A program made the translations under genes and the position numbers. From NCBI GenBank assembly GCA_963782525.1, contig CAWAKC010000012.1:1-64000 (forward strand): a stretch of DNA of 64,000 nucleotides, written 5' to 3'. Of this stretch, positions 10,370 to 20,074 are shown piece by piece. Below the pieces are notes generated by a model. It saw nothing but the letters and a program-made list of their open reading frames with translations, ran no database searches and was not told where the DNA came from. This stretch comes from Candidatus Bathyarchaeota archaeon. GTDB taxonomy: Archaea > Thermoproteota > Bathyarchaeia > Bathyarchaeales > Bathycorpusculaceae. Every line of letters begins with the position of its first letter. Within the stretch, counting starts at the first letter, position 1.

Positions 10370-12632
10370 AGGCTGGATATTCGACGTTTACCCATCTAAA
10401 TTTGGTAAAGTTGCAGTTTGGGTAATCACTGAGGCAGGCGAAAGAGTCAGGTTAACGGATAAGTTTGAACCCTGCATCTATGTTTCGGGCAAGCAAGACG
10501 CTCTTGAACGCCTAATAAGCCAACTTTTCGATAACCAGAAAATCGCGTCGCTTAGGTTCACATATAAGTATGCTCAAGCAACAGACATTGAAAAATCCAG
10601 AGTTCTCGAAATAACCCTAAAAGACTGCAGGCAAACCCGAGCTTTAACTCTTGAAATCTTGCGGATGGGCGATTACTTGCGCTATGAACTGCACAACTGC
10701 GATATCCAAAATGACCGTTTGTACTTTTTTGTTCATGATTTGTTTCCTTTGGCGTTTGTCGAAGTAAAAGTCTCGAAGTCTGGCTTGGATTATACGCTTT
10801 TGGATTCTGTTACTAGCACAGACTACGTTATTCCCAAGTTGCGGGTGGTAACGCTTGAAGTAAAAGTTTCCAAGAAAGACATAGTCGCAAGTTTTGATGA
10901 CCTCATCGAAAAAATAATTTTAAAACAAGAAGACAAAGAAGAAGAGATACCCATTGACTATGGCGACGAGGCAACAAAACTTTTGCAGCTTGTTTACGCC
11001 GTAAACGAGTTGGACCCCGATGTAATCTTAACGAGTGCAGGCGACTCGTATCTTTTCCCTTATTTAATTAAAAGAGCCAGTGTAAACGATGTACTAGATG
11101 AGTTTGTTTTAGGCCGAGATAAGGTGCCTTTTAGTGGTAAAACTAAAGCGTCTGGCAGAACATACTTTTCGTATGGACGCACGTTCTACCGTGCAAGCAT
11201 CATGAGGCTACATGGTCGGATACATGTTGACCAGCGCAACACCTTCATCATTGGGGAAGCAGATTTTGAAGGCTACATCGAAATAGCCCGAACCTGCAGA
11301 GTACCTCTGCATACAGCGGCAAGGTTCTCGATTGGCTCCAGCATGTCATCCATCCAGTTCTACCAAGCCATAAAAGACGACATCCTGCTGCCCAGAAACA
11401 AAAAGATGCCTGAAACATTCAAGTCAGCCATTGATTTGTTGGTTGGCGACCGCGGAGGATTTGTCTATGAACCACGGCTTGGAGCACACGATTCAGTAGC
11501 AGAACTAGATTTCTCCTCAATGTACCCCTCATTGATGCGTAGATACAACATTTCCGCTGAAACCGTACTATGTAAATGCTGTCCCGACTCACCGATACGG
11601 ATTCCCGATTTAAACTATCATATATGTCAAAAACGAGTCGGTATGGTTCCCAAAACCGTTGATTTGGCTTTAACCAAACGGCTCTGCTACAAGCGTCTCA
11701 GAGACGAAACCGATGATAAGCGACTCAAGCAAGTGTACGATAGACGCCAGACAGCATTGAAGTGGATTTTAGTCACATGCTTTGGCTATTTGGGCTTTAA
11801 AAACTCAAAATTTGGCACAGTCGACGGACATATCGGCGTCTGTGCGTTTGCGAGGGAAGCCTTCCTTAAAGCATCACGTATAGCTGAAGATGCAGGTTTT
11901 GAAGTTATCCATGGCATTGTGGATTCGTTCTGGCTCAAAAAGAAAGACGCCCCCCTAAATGAGTACGATGAATTATGCAGGGTAATTGGCATGGAGATTG
12001 GGGTGCCCATCAATTTTGAGGGACGCTATAAATGGATAGTTTTTGTGCCGTCGAGGATGCATCCGCAGCTTAGTGTTTTGAATCGTTACTTTGGCGTAAT
12101 GGAGAACGGCAACGTCAAGATTCGGGGCTTAGAAACTCGCCGCAGCGACACGCCAGGATTCATTTTTGATGCTCAAACCGAAATGATAAATGCCCTAAAA
12201 CCCGCAAACAACACAACGGAACTCTACCAGCGGATTCCTGAAGCACTAAAAGTTTTGAAGAACTACAGACAACGACTGCTCAAAGGCGACGTATCCACAT
12301 CGGATTTGATAGTTACCAAACACATGTCTAAAGAACCCAAAACCTACAGGCAACAAGTCAGCCAAGTCATCGCAGCCCAACAACTAAGCAAACATGGATT
12401 AGAAGTGCCCGCGGGTAACAGTGTAAAATTCGTCTTCACAAACGCGGAACACAAACGCTACGAACGCCGCGTTAAAGCTCTGCAGCTTATCGAGAAAAAC
12501 GTGACGCCAGACACAAAAAAATACCTACTTCTGCTCTATGCGTCAGCAGGTAACTTGTTGAGTTTTGCAGGTTACACTCCTCAAAAAATATACGATGCCG
12601 TCAAGAACCAGCATCAAACAAACATTGGATAA
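10341..12632 (+). CDS. polB2: family B DNA polymerase, PolB2 group
   Basis: Motif A DFSSMYPS, motif B RQTALKWILVTCFGY, motif C HGIVDS (replaces YGDTDS, typical of PolB2); degenerate exonuclease domain. Confidence 0.9.
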   Translation: MQPSEQRRVRGWIFDVYPSKFGKVAVWVITEAGERVRLTDKFEPCIYVSGKQDALERLISQLFDNQKIASLRFTYKYAQATDIEKSRVLEITLKDCRQTRALTLEILRMGDYLRYELHNCDIQNDRLYFFVHDLFPLAFVEVKVSKSGLDYTLLDSVTSTDYVIPKLRVVTLEVKVSKKDIVASFDDLIEKIILKQEDKEEEIPIDYGDEATKLLQLVYAVNELDPDVILTSAGDSYLFPYLIKRASVNDVLDEFVLGRDKVPFSGKTKASGRTYFSYGRTFYRASIMRLHGRIHVDQRNTFIIGEADFEGYIEIARTCRVPLHTAARFSIGSSMSSIQFYQAIKDDILLPRNKKMPETFKSAIDLLVGDRGGFVYEPRLGAHDSVAELDFSSMYPSLMRRYNISAETVLCKCCPDSPIRIPDLNYHICQKRVGMVPKTVDLALTKRLCYKRLRDETDDKRLKQVYDRRQTALKWILVTCFGYLGFKNSKFGTVDGHIGVCAFAREAFLKASRIAEDAGFEVIHGIVDSFWLKKKDAPLNEYDELCRVIGMEIGVPINFEGRYKWIVFVPSRMHPQLSVLNRYFGVMENGNVKIRGLETRRSDTPGFIFDAQTEMINALKPANNTTELYQRIPEALKVLKNYRQRLLKGDVSTSDLIVTKHMSKEPKTYRQQVSQVIAAQQLSKHGLEVPAGNSVKFVFTNAEHKRYERRVKALQLIEKNVTPDTKKYLLLLYASAGNLLSFAGYTPQKIYDAVKNQHQTNIG

Positions 12633-12828
12633 CGGAAAAGGGTAAGTTTGGATGCCATTTCAAGGATTACGAGGTAAAACACATTTTCTATTAAGGTAAC
12701 TGTATAATTTGGGTTTCGTTCTGATAGATGATAATGGTGTGTGCAGAAGGGGTTTGTATCATCATCAGCATCATTATCATCTTCTCAGGGGTTCTTACTT
12801 TCGTTTCAGTTTGAGGTGTACTTGGCAA

Positions 12829-12896
12829 TTTGGGTTGTCTTGATTGTTGTTGCAACTGGTGTGCAGAATTCAGTTGCAGCAGCAGCAACAACTTCT
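12829..12896. repeat. dispersed hairpin repeat, copy A
   Basis: Reverse complement aligns with 50147-50217; 15-bp stem 12844-12858/12871-12885. Confidence 0.8.
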
Positions 12897-12942
12897 CTGT
12901 GGGAGTCTTTCGTTTAAAAGAGAACGAACCCAAAAAAGCAAG

Positions 12943-14784
12943 CTATTTTTTGGGTGTTTTAGCGGGTTCTTTCTTATCTGGCTTGGTTTCCATTTTTTCG
13001 GGTTTCGTTGTTTTGGTGTAGTAGTATTCGCCGATGTCTTTTTGGAATTTATCCATCTGGGAATCTTCTTTGTTTACTCTGGGGCGGTAAGTGACTGAGT
13101 CCCGTCTGAAGGTGATGTCCATTTCTTTAAGGAACGTGTTCATGCCCTGCCGAAGGCTGGTTGGTGGATGTGCTAAGCCGGATACTCCTGGTTCACCGTT
13201 GAAGACCATTAGGCGGTCTGCTATGAAGTCTTGAGTTACCACGTCGTGTTCAACTACGAAGGCTGGGATGCCGTGGGCTTCGACGACTCGACGTAGCGTT
13301 TTTGCCACATTTAAGCGTTCTTCAACGTCAAGGTATGCGCTTGGCTCGTCAAGCAGGAATAGGTCGGTTTTGCGGCTTAGGCACGCGGCGATGGCGACTT
13401 TTTGGAGTTCTCCGCCACTGAGTTCCATCACGTTTTTGTCCATTAGGATTTGTAGTCGGAGGGGCTGGGCGATTTCGGTTTTGTACCAGCTTGAAGTAAA
13501 GTTTTCCTTAGCCACGTTCATAAGTAGTTCTTGCACTGAACCTGCATAATCAGGCGCAATGTACTGGGGCTTGTAACTGACAGTTAACTTACTTAGTTGA
13601 CGTTTATCATCAGTCTCCTCCAGACCAGCTAAAATTTTGACGAAGGTAGTTTTTCCGATGCCGTTGGGTCCAAGAATTCCGATGATTTCGCCAGTTCGTA
13701 TCTCGCCTGGTTCGATGGCGAGCTTGAAGCCTTTGAAGGTTTTCTCCATTCTGTCCCATTTGAGTAGGGGATCGCCGACCATTTCGCCTGCGTTTGGCGG
13801 TTTTTCATGGAACACTATGGCTTCTTTTCGGAACATGATGTTCTCGTCTGGAATGTACCCTTGTAAGTAAATGTTAATACCTGTTCGGACTCCATGGGTG
13901 TGTGAGACGACGCCATAAACGCTTGGTTCTCCGTAGAAGACGCATATTTGGTCGGATAAGTAGTCGATGATGGCTAAGTCGTGTTCGGCTACAACGATGG
14001 TTTTTTGTTGTTCTTTGAGGCTGCGGATGGCTCTGGCAACTACAAGCCGCTGCTTCACGTCTAAGTAGCTGGAGGGCTCATCGAAAAGGTACACATCTGC
14101 TTCACGGCTAAGTGCTGCCGCAACCGCGACACGCTGAAGCTCCCCGCCACTGAGTACATCGAGTGGTCTATCCCAGATCTTCTTGAGCTCCAACTCCTCG
14201 GCGATGGCGTCAAGCAGTTTGCGTTCATCAACTTTTTCCAAGAGTTCACCAGCTTTGCCCGATACCGCCTTGGGAATTTTATCTACGTACTGCGGTTTGC
14301 TACTGACTTTAAGCTTCTTCTCGCTTAATTTCTGGAAGTAATCCTGAAGGCTTGAACCCCGATAATACTGAATGATCTCGGACCATTCGGGTGGGTCATC
14401 GAATCTGCCGAGGTTAGGTTTGATTTCGCCCGAAAAAACCTTAAGGGTAGTGCTTTTGCCTATGCCGTTTTGTCCCAGCAACCCCAAAACTGTCCCGGGC
14501 GAAGGCATGGGTAAACGATAAAGTTTGAAGCTGTTGGCGCTGAACCGGTGGCTACAATCTTTCTCGAGTTCGTCAGGTAGGTTGACGATGCTGATGGCTT
14601 TGAAAGGGCATTTTTTGACACAAATCCCACAGCCGCTGCAAAGTGTTTCAGCTATGACGGCTTTGGATCCTTCAACACGTATGGCTTCCACTCTGCTGCG
14701 TACCATGGGACAGAAGCTAACGCAGAGTGAATTGCATTTTTTGACTTTGCACTTGTCTTCGTTTAATACGGCAATTCGCGTCAT
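12943..14784 (-). CDS. rli1: ribosome recycling ATPase ABCE1/Rli1
   Basis: N-terminal Fe-S Cys motifs (CSGCGICVKKCPF), two ABC domains (GQNGIGKST, GPNGIGKTT, LSGGELQ x2). Confidence 0.97.
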   Translation of the reverse strand: MTRIAVLNEDKCKVKKCNSLCVSFCPMVRSRVEAIRVEGSKAVIAETLCSGCGICVKKCPFKAISIVNLPDELEKDCSHRFSANSFKLYRLPMPSPGTVLGLLGQNGIGKSTTLKVFSGEIKPNLGRFDDPPEWSEIIQYYRGSSLQDYFQKLSEKKLKVSSKPQYVDKIPKAVSGKAGELLEKVDERKLLDAIAEELELKKIWDRPLDVLSGGELQRVAVAAALSREADVYLFDEPSSYLDVKQRLVVARAIRSLKEQQKTIVVAEHDLAIIDYLSDQICVFYGEPSVYGVVSHTHGVRTGINIYLQGYIPDENIMFRKEAIVFHEKPPNAGEMVGDPLLKWDRMEKTFKGFKLAIEPGEIRTGEIIGILGPNGIGKTTFVKILAGLEETDDKRQLSKLTVSYKPQYIAPDYAGSVQELLMNVAKENFTSSWYKTEIAQPLRLQILMDKNVMELSGGELQKVAIAACLSRKTDLFLLDEPSAYLDVEERLNVAKTLRRVVEAHGIPAFVVEHDVVTQDFIADRLMVFNGEPGVSGLAHPPTSLRQGMNTFLKEMDITFRRDSVTYRPRVNKEDSQMDKFQKDIGEYYYTKTTKPEKMETKPDKKEPAKTPKK

Positions 14785-14959
14785 GTGTGGCGTCGTTTAA
14801 TGATGCCAACAGGATAGTAATAAATGTAAACCTCAAGGAAAAATAAACAAAAAGGAGAAATGGCTTTTTTCATCGGTTCAAGAAAACAACCTCAAAAACT
14901 CTGGAATAAATTGAAACTTAAAAGAAAAATAATACAAAAGTGCGGTATAGGCGTTTAGT

Positions 14960-15031
14960 TTACCATTCTTCTTCTTCCCATTCTTCATCTTCGCCTTCTT
15001 CCCATTCATCTTCTTCCTCTATGAACATCAT
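14960..15031 (-). CDS. acidic Trp-containing micropeptide MMFIEEEDEWEEGEDEEWEEEEW (23 aa)
   Basis: ATG..TAA ORF; SD GAGGTGA at 15047-15041, 9 nt before ATG; T-rich tract downstream. Confidence 0.65.
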   Translation of the reverse strand: MMFIEEEDEWEEGEDEEWEEEEW

Positions 15032-15237
15032 GTGTTTTTTTCACCTCACGAATAAGTCGTATATGCTACCCTACCCTCGGCAGGGTTTAAGCGTTTAGAT
15101 TCGTCAACTGACGTTAAAACCGTCCAATGCAATAGGTAGAAACATGGTTTCTGCACCTTTTTTCCTATTAATTTTAGGATTTTCAGCGGTAATTTTTTAA
15201 GGAAACGCCAACAAGAATGCTTCAAGAAGGCGATTGG

Positions 15238-15830
15238 ATGAGAAAAATCTTCAAAATAATCCTTGCAATCTTCGCAGTAGTAGTTGTTATAATAGTAGCG
15301 TTCGGAGCAATCATTCAACTAGATGTAGCAGCTATCACGGCTACGGGGTCGCAAACGCTGACGCCAACTGGAACCTCCGTTGGTAAGGCATTAGTAATCT
15401 ATGACCCTGGGCTATCAGGGACCGCAAAGGCGTCGCCGACAAAGTCGCCGCTGACCTGCAGGCAAAAAGCTATACTGTCACAGAGGCAGGCGTAAAAAGC
15501 CCAGCAGTCGCTAACACCACAGAGTACTCAGTAGTAGTTGTCGGCGGACCCGTTTATGCAGGCGCATTGACCAGCTCAGTGAAAGACTACCTAAACAATC
15601 TATCTGCAGGTCATGCGAGTCCAAGTTACGGACCTTACATTTTTACCAGAGTTGGGGTGTTCGGAAGCGGCCAAGGTGCAACCTCTCAAAACGATATAGA
15701 TATGATCAAAAACTCCGTAACGGCGCTCTCATCAAACGGTACCTTATCGAACGCAATTGTAGTTAAAATCGGGCAGAAAGAAGATCTCAACACAAGAGCC
15801 CAAGACTTCGTAAACCAACTAGTAACTTAA
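15238..15830 (+). pseudogene. membrane-anchored flavodoxin-like protein, frameshifted near 15428
   Basis: N-terminal TM, KALVIYDPGLSGT; continues in another frame as YSVVVVGGPVYAG..RVGVFGSG. Confidence 0.7.
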
Positions 15831-15919
15831 AAGAGTCTATACCAACTTTACCTTTCTTTTTCAACTTCTCCGTTTTCCTCTAATCAAAATAGATAAATCC
15901 GCACAGTCAACATTAAAGT

Positions 15920-15983
15920 GGGAATGATGTAAGGCGACGGCTTCGAGCATAAGCTGTGAGAAAACGTCAATCAACACTGACCC
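15920..15983 (+). ncRNA. box C/D methylation-guide sRNA candidate
   Basis: GGG/CCC terminal stem, box C ATGATGT (15924), D' TCGA (15943), C'-like TGTGA, box D CTGA (15977); guide GGCGACGGC complementary to TACK 16S GCCGTCGCC. Confidence 0.72.
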
Positions 15984-16131
15984 GAAAACCTACCCGTATA
16001 ACATACGGTAACATAGAAAAGAATCAACAGCTAAACTGTGCAAGATGCCAAATCATGGAATAATTTAAAATAACTCCTCTTGTTTATATGAAAGAAAACC
16101 ATTAAGAAAAGACGCAAGGAAGAAAATACAC

Positions 16132-16335
16132 ATGAGCGAAGAAGGCGACACATTCTGGGTATCATTAGCTGAAAGAGTCTTTGGATTAGCACTCATAATA
16201 ATTGGTGCAGTTATGATTTATTTCACAGCAACAAGCTCAAACGTTTTAGGCGGATTTACCTTGTTCTTCGGTGCATTAAGCGCCATTCTATTGATCGTGG
16301 GCATTGTTCTGCTGCTTGTCAAACCACCAGAATAA
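16132..16335 (+). CDS. small two-TM membrane protein
   Basis: 67 aa with two hydrophobic helices; TATA-like TTTATAT upstream. Confidence 0.75.
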   Translation: MSEEGDTFWVSLAERVFGLALIIIGAVMIYFTATSSNVLGGFTLFFGALSAILLIVGIVLLLVKPPE

Positions 16336-16341
16336 ACTTCT

Positions 16342-16658
16342 TTAGTCTCTTCTTTCAACAACAATTTTGCAGTTAGTAACTAAAGCAGCAATTACACCTA
16401 AAGCCGCCAACCATGGAGCCAAAACAAATCCAACCACACCCACAGTTGCAGGGATTTCAAGCAAAGTTTTACCTGCCTCATCCTTAACTATTACACGTGT
16501 CACATTTCCTTCATGTAATAATTCGCCGACGCGGTAACCAAGTTTTTACCTGAAACTGTGTATTCTTCCCTTGTAAACATGGGAGCCGCAGCTCCACAAA
16601 CCGTACAAAACTTGTCGTTGTTTTTTAGTGGAGCACCACATTTAACACAATATGGCAA
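16342..16658 (-). pseudogene. zinc-ribbon + DUF4342-like protein, one frameshift
   Basis: MPYCVKCG..DKFCTVCG, then after a frameshift near 16535 ELLHEGNVTRVIVKDEAGKTLLEIP..APWLAALG. Confidence 0.75.
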
Positions 16659-16953
16659 ACAATCACCAATCCAAAAAAGACAGTAACAGAATAAAATGTT
16701 TTCTACCCGAGCAAAATATACAAAGTGTGGCGCAACAAAAATATACTGAGTATTTTAAGATTTCATTTTAATAAATATTTATTAAGCAGCATTATGTTGG
16801 TGCAAATTTGAAAAGAAGTCAACAGTTGCGCTCTAAATAATTTTGAAGTCAAGAAATGTCTCTAAGACACAAAGGATGCCTAAATTTTAACATAAAAGTT
16901 TTACACAGTAGAAAAGAAAAAAGAGAAATGAAAGTTTTTTGCCGAGGTGTTAC

Positions 16954-17010
16954 TTACTTTTTCTTTGCCGGGGCTTTCTTTACTTCTTTTTTAACTGGTT
17001 TTTTTGCCAT
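16954..17010 (-). CDS. Lys-rich micropeptide MAKKPVKKEVKKAPAKKK (18 aa)
   Basis: ATG..TAA ORF; SD GAGGT 7 nt before ATG; TATA TTATAAAT at ~17057-17050; T-rich tract downstream. Confidence 0.65.
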   Translation of the reverse strand: MAKKPVKKEVKKAPAKKK

Positions 17011-17136
17011 TGAAATAACCTCGGGATTCAATGTATGATAGCTATTGGTATTTATAACTTGCTAAATCGAGGAGAAAACAGATAACAAAGCTTAATACTT
17101 ACTTGAAAAGAAAAAGAGACTGTGGATGAAGTTGCT

Positions 17137-17358
17137 ATGAATGAATTAGAAATATCTGTGGCTCCGATGATTAGATTATGCAAGAAAGCGGGAGCAAAAA
17201 GGGTGAGTGGGGAAGCGGCTAAGGAGCTTGCAAGAGTCCTTGATGAGATTGGCGTTAAGATTGCAAAAGAAGCATGGGATTACGCTACATATGCTGGAAG
17301 AAAGACAATTAAAGCGGAAGATATTGAAATCGCTGTTAGAAAAGTAATGGTAAAATAG
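17137..17358 (+). CDS. archaeal histone (HMf-type histone fold)
   Basis: APM.RL.KKAGAKRVS.EA...L...AGRKTIKAEDI; alternative GTG start at 17122. Confidence 0.95.
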   Translation: MNELEISVAPMIRLCKKAGAKRVSGEAAKELARVLDEIGVKIAKEAWDYATYAGRKTIKAEDIEIAVRKVMVK

Positions 17359-17686
17359 TTACATAATGGCACAAATGCACCTTTTCTTACCTTTCTATGA
17401 AGATTTGTTTTAAAATCTTATTTGATTTAGGAAAAAGGAAATGAGGGTGACAGCTCCATCGAGTAGAGTGTTTCGAATTTCCCCTGAAATAATAAATCAA
17501 AGAAAATGTGTTGGCATCTTGTCAGTAAATTTTTTAGAAAGGCAGCATTTGAGAATCTAAGATAGAATTATAGCCATACAAGCAATGCCAAGTAAGCGCT
17601 TGCAACATTAATGTTCCTTAAGAAACTCAACGAATGTTAAGGCTTATAAACAAAAAACGCTAAACCACTGAACGGGGCTGAAAAAA

Positions 17687-17908
17687 TTGGTGAATGAAGA
17701 GAACTTGGTGTCAATAAACATTAGTCGAAAAAATGGGGAAATTCGATATAAAGTAGATTGTTCTAAAAATGTGTCAAGTGATGAGTTAGCGCATTACCTG
17801 GATGAAATAATTGAGGGCATTTGCACATGGAAACCAGAAGTTTGCGAAGAGACCATTAAAACTATAATTGGAACAATCAAAATAAAGGAAAAAAATCCCC
17901 AAAAATAA
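17687..17908 (+). CDS. hypothetical protein
   Basis: 73-aa ORF with upstream TATA (TTATAAA); no recognised motif. Confidence 0.55.
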   Translation: MVNEENLVSINISRKNGEIRYKVDCSKNVSSDELAHYLDEIIEGICTWKPEVCEETIKTIIGTIKIKEKNPQK

Positions 17909-18138
17909 GGCACATACTTAATTTAAACAAAAAATCAAACGAATTCCTTGGGATACCTTCCTTTCTACAAAAAGACGAAAAATTGAGGATGCTAAAAAAT
18001 CCTCTTTTCGAATCATAGCATTATAGACCGGTTTTAATTAAACCAAAGTCAAATGAATACTTTGATACATGAATATTTTAATAATCATCAACCATTACAA
18101 TCATCCAGCTATCAATTGTTACAGGAGAAAAACGGAAA

Positions 18139-19923
18139 ATGCCCACGCGCCAACCAATAGTTTGTGTTTTAGGACATGTAGATGCAGGCAAAACCTCACT
18201 GCTAGATGAGTTACGAAAAACCAATGTGCAGCTTCGTGAAGCTGGAGGAATGACCCAGCACATAGGCGCGAGCTATTTCCCCGTGGAAACTCTAAAACAG
18301 CTAATTGGACCATACATGGTCAACTTTAAAACAGGCATCGAAATCCCAGGGTTACTAATCGTGGATACGCCTGGGCATGAAGCATTCACTAACCTTAGGC
18401 GCAGAGGCGGAAGCGTTGCGGACATCGCAATCCTGGTTGTTAATGCGGTGCGTGGGTTTGAAGCTCAAACCTTCGAATGTATAGATATTCTCAAAGCGCG
18501 CAAAACACCCTTCATCGTAGCGGTAAACCAAATCGACCGCATTCCTGGCTGGAAGCCTCAGCAAGGAGCGCCTTTTATGAAATCTTTTGCTGCCCAGTCA
18601 AGTTTTGTTCAGGACGAAGTAAACAATAGTCTCTACCGAGTTATGGGTGATTTTAGCCGTTTAGGTTTTAAAACTGACCGCTTTGACCATATCCGAGATT
18701 TCACACAAAACATTGCGTTAGTTCCGACGAGCGCCAAAACTGGTGAGGGCTTATCTGAACTCGTTATGGTGTTAGTCGGATTAACTCAGCAATTCCTTAA
18801 AAAACGCCTGCAGACAACAGATGGCGCTGCAAAAGGCTCCATTTTGGAAGTTAAAGAGGAACCAGGCTTGGGAATGACACTCAATGCGATTGTCTATGAC
18901 GGCACTCTTCATCGAGATGATTTGATTGTTGTCGGCGGCAAAAACGGGCCAATTTCGGCACGCGTACGAACGATTCTGGTTCCTAAACCACTCGATGAGA
19001 TGCGTGACCCTCGCGACAAATTCACAAGCGTCGACTGTGTCTATGCAAGTGCTGGTGTCAAAATTGTTGCCCCAGACCTGGATGGCGCATTGGCTGGTGC
19101 ACCATTATTTGCTGTTCCTGAAGGTGAAGACGTCTCCAAATACTGCAAGCTCATCACTGAAGAAATTGGTAGAATCAGAATAACTAAGGAAATCGATGGA
19201 GTCATCGTGAAAGCGGACACTTTAGGTTCACTTGAGGCCATGGCTGAAATCTTAAAAGCCAACAATATCCAAGTCCGTATCGCCGACATCGGCGACATCA
19301 GCAAACGCGACGTCATCGAAGCTTCCGTGGTGAAGACGCGTCAACCTTTAGTCGGTGCAATCTTAGCATTCGGTGTAAAAGTATTGCCTGATGCTGAAAT
19401 TGAAGCTGAGGCAAATGGAGTTAAAATCTTCAAGGACCCAATCATCTATAACCTAATCGACAACTACTTGGAATGGGCAAAGAATAAGCGAGAAGCTAAA
19501 AGCGAAGAGGAATTTGAAAGACTTGTTAAACCGGGAAAAGTCACTGTGCTGCCCAACTGCATTTTCCGCCGCGCTAAACCATTAGTGGTTGGCGTGGAAG
19601 TCTTAGCGGGCAGACTAAAACCAAAAGTTTCTCTTATGCGCGCAGAAGACAGCTCAGATTTAGGTGAAGTGGATCAGATTCAAGATCAAGGTAAAGCAAT
19701 CGGTGAAGCTAAAGCAGGGATGCAGGTGGCGATTTCTATGGATAAACCAATTGCTGGACGCCATGTGTTCGAGAAGGATGTTTTGTATGTTAAGGTCCCT
19801 GAAGCTGATGCAAAAAAACTGTTAACGGCACATATGGATGACTTAACCAGCGAAGAGCAGGATCTGCTTAAAGAGTTCATTGCGTTCATGCGCAAGAAGA
19901 CCCTGTTCTGGGCTGGAGTCTAA
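18139..19923 (+). CDS. infB: translation initiation factor aIF5B (IF2)
   Basis: RQPIVCVLGHVDAGKT, GGMTQHIGA, DTPGHEAF.NLR.RGG, KADTLGSLEA. Confidence 0.97.
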   Translation: MPTRQPIVCVLGHVDAGKTSLLDELRKTNVQLREAGGMTQHIGASYFPVETLKQLIGPYMVNFKTGIEIPGLLIVDTPGHEAFTNLRRRGGSVADIAILVVNAVRGFEAQTFECIDILKARKTPFIVAVNQIDRIPGWKPQQGAPFMKSFAAQSSFVQDEVNNSLYRVMGDFSRLGFKTDRFDHIRDFTQNIALVPTSAKTGEGLSELVMVLVGLTQQFLKKRLQTTDGAAKGSILEVKEEPGLGMTLNAIVYDGTLHRDDLIVVGGKNGPISARVRTILVPKPLDEMRDPRDKFTSVDCVYASAGVKIVAPDLDGALAGAPLFAVPEGEDVSKYCKLITEEIGRIRITKEIDGVIVKADTLGSLEAMAEILKANNIQVRIADIGDISKRDVIEASVVKTRQPLVGAILAFGVKVLPDAEIEAEANGVKIFKDPIIYNLIDNYLEWAKNKREAKSEEEFERLVKPGKVTVLPNCIFRRAKPLVVGVEVLAGRLKPKVSLMRAEDSSDLGEVDQIQDQGKAIGEAKAGMQVAISMDKPIAGRHVFEKDVLYVKVPEADAKKLLTAHMDDLTSEEQDLLKEFIAFMRKKTLFWAGV

Positions 19924-20074
19924 AAACATTAGTTGGCTAAGAAAGAGCAAACGCCCTTTCTCCCCCTTCCACAATTTTTTTGTTTATCCGTTGAAAAAGT
20001 CAATAAACTTTAGTCCATTAGGTTTCTCCGCTGAAATCTATTAGGATTCAAATTTGTTGGCTCTACTAAAAACT

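Noticed and set aside
10103-12632. Polymerase with altered motif C as a novel system
   Set aside because: HGIVDS plus the small upstream gene is the already described PolB2 arrangement.
12691-12933. 80-aa low-complexity ORF and overlapping ORFs
   Set aside because: They arise from trinucleotide-rich hairpin repeats; the second copy at 50147 does not preserve the frame.
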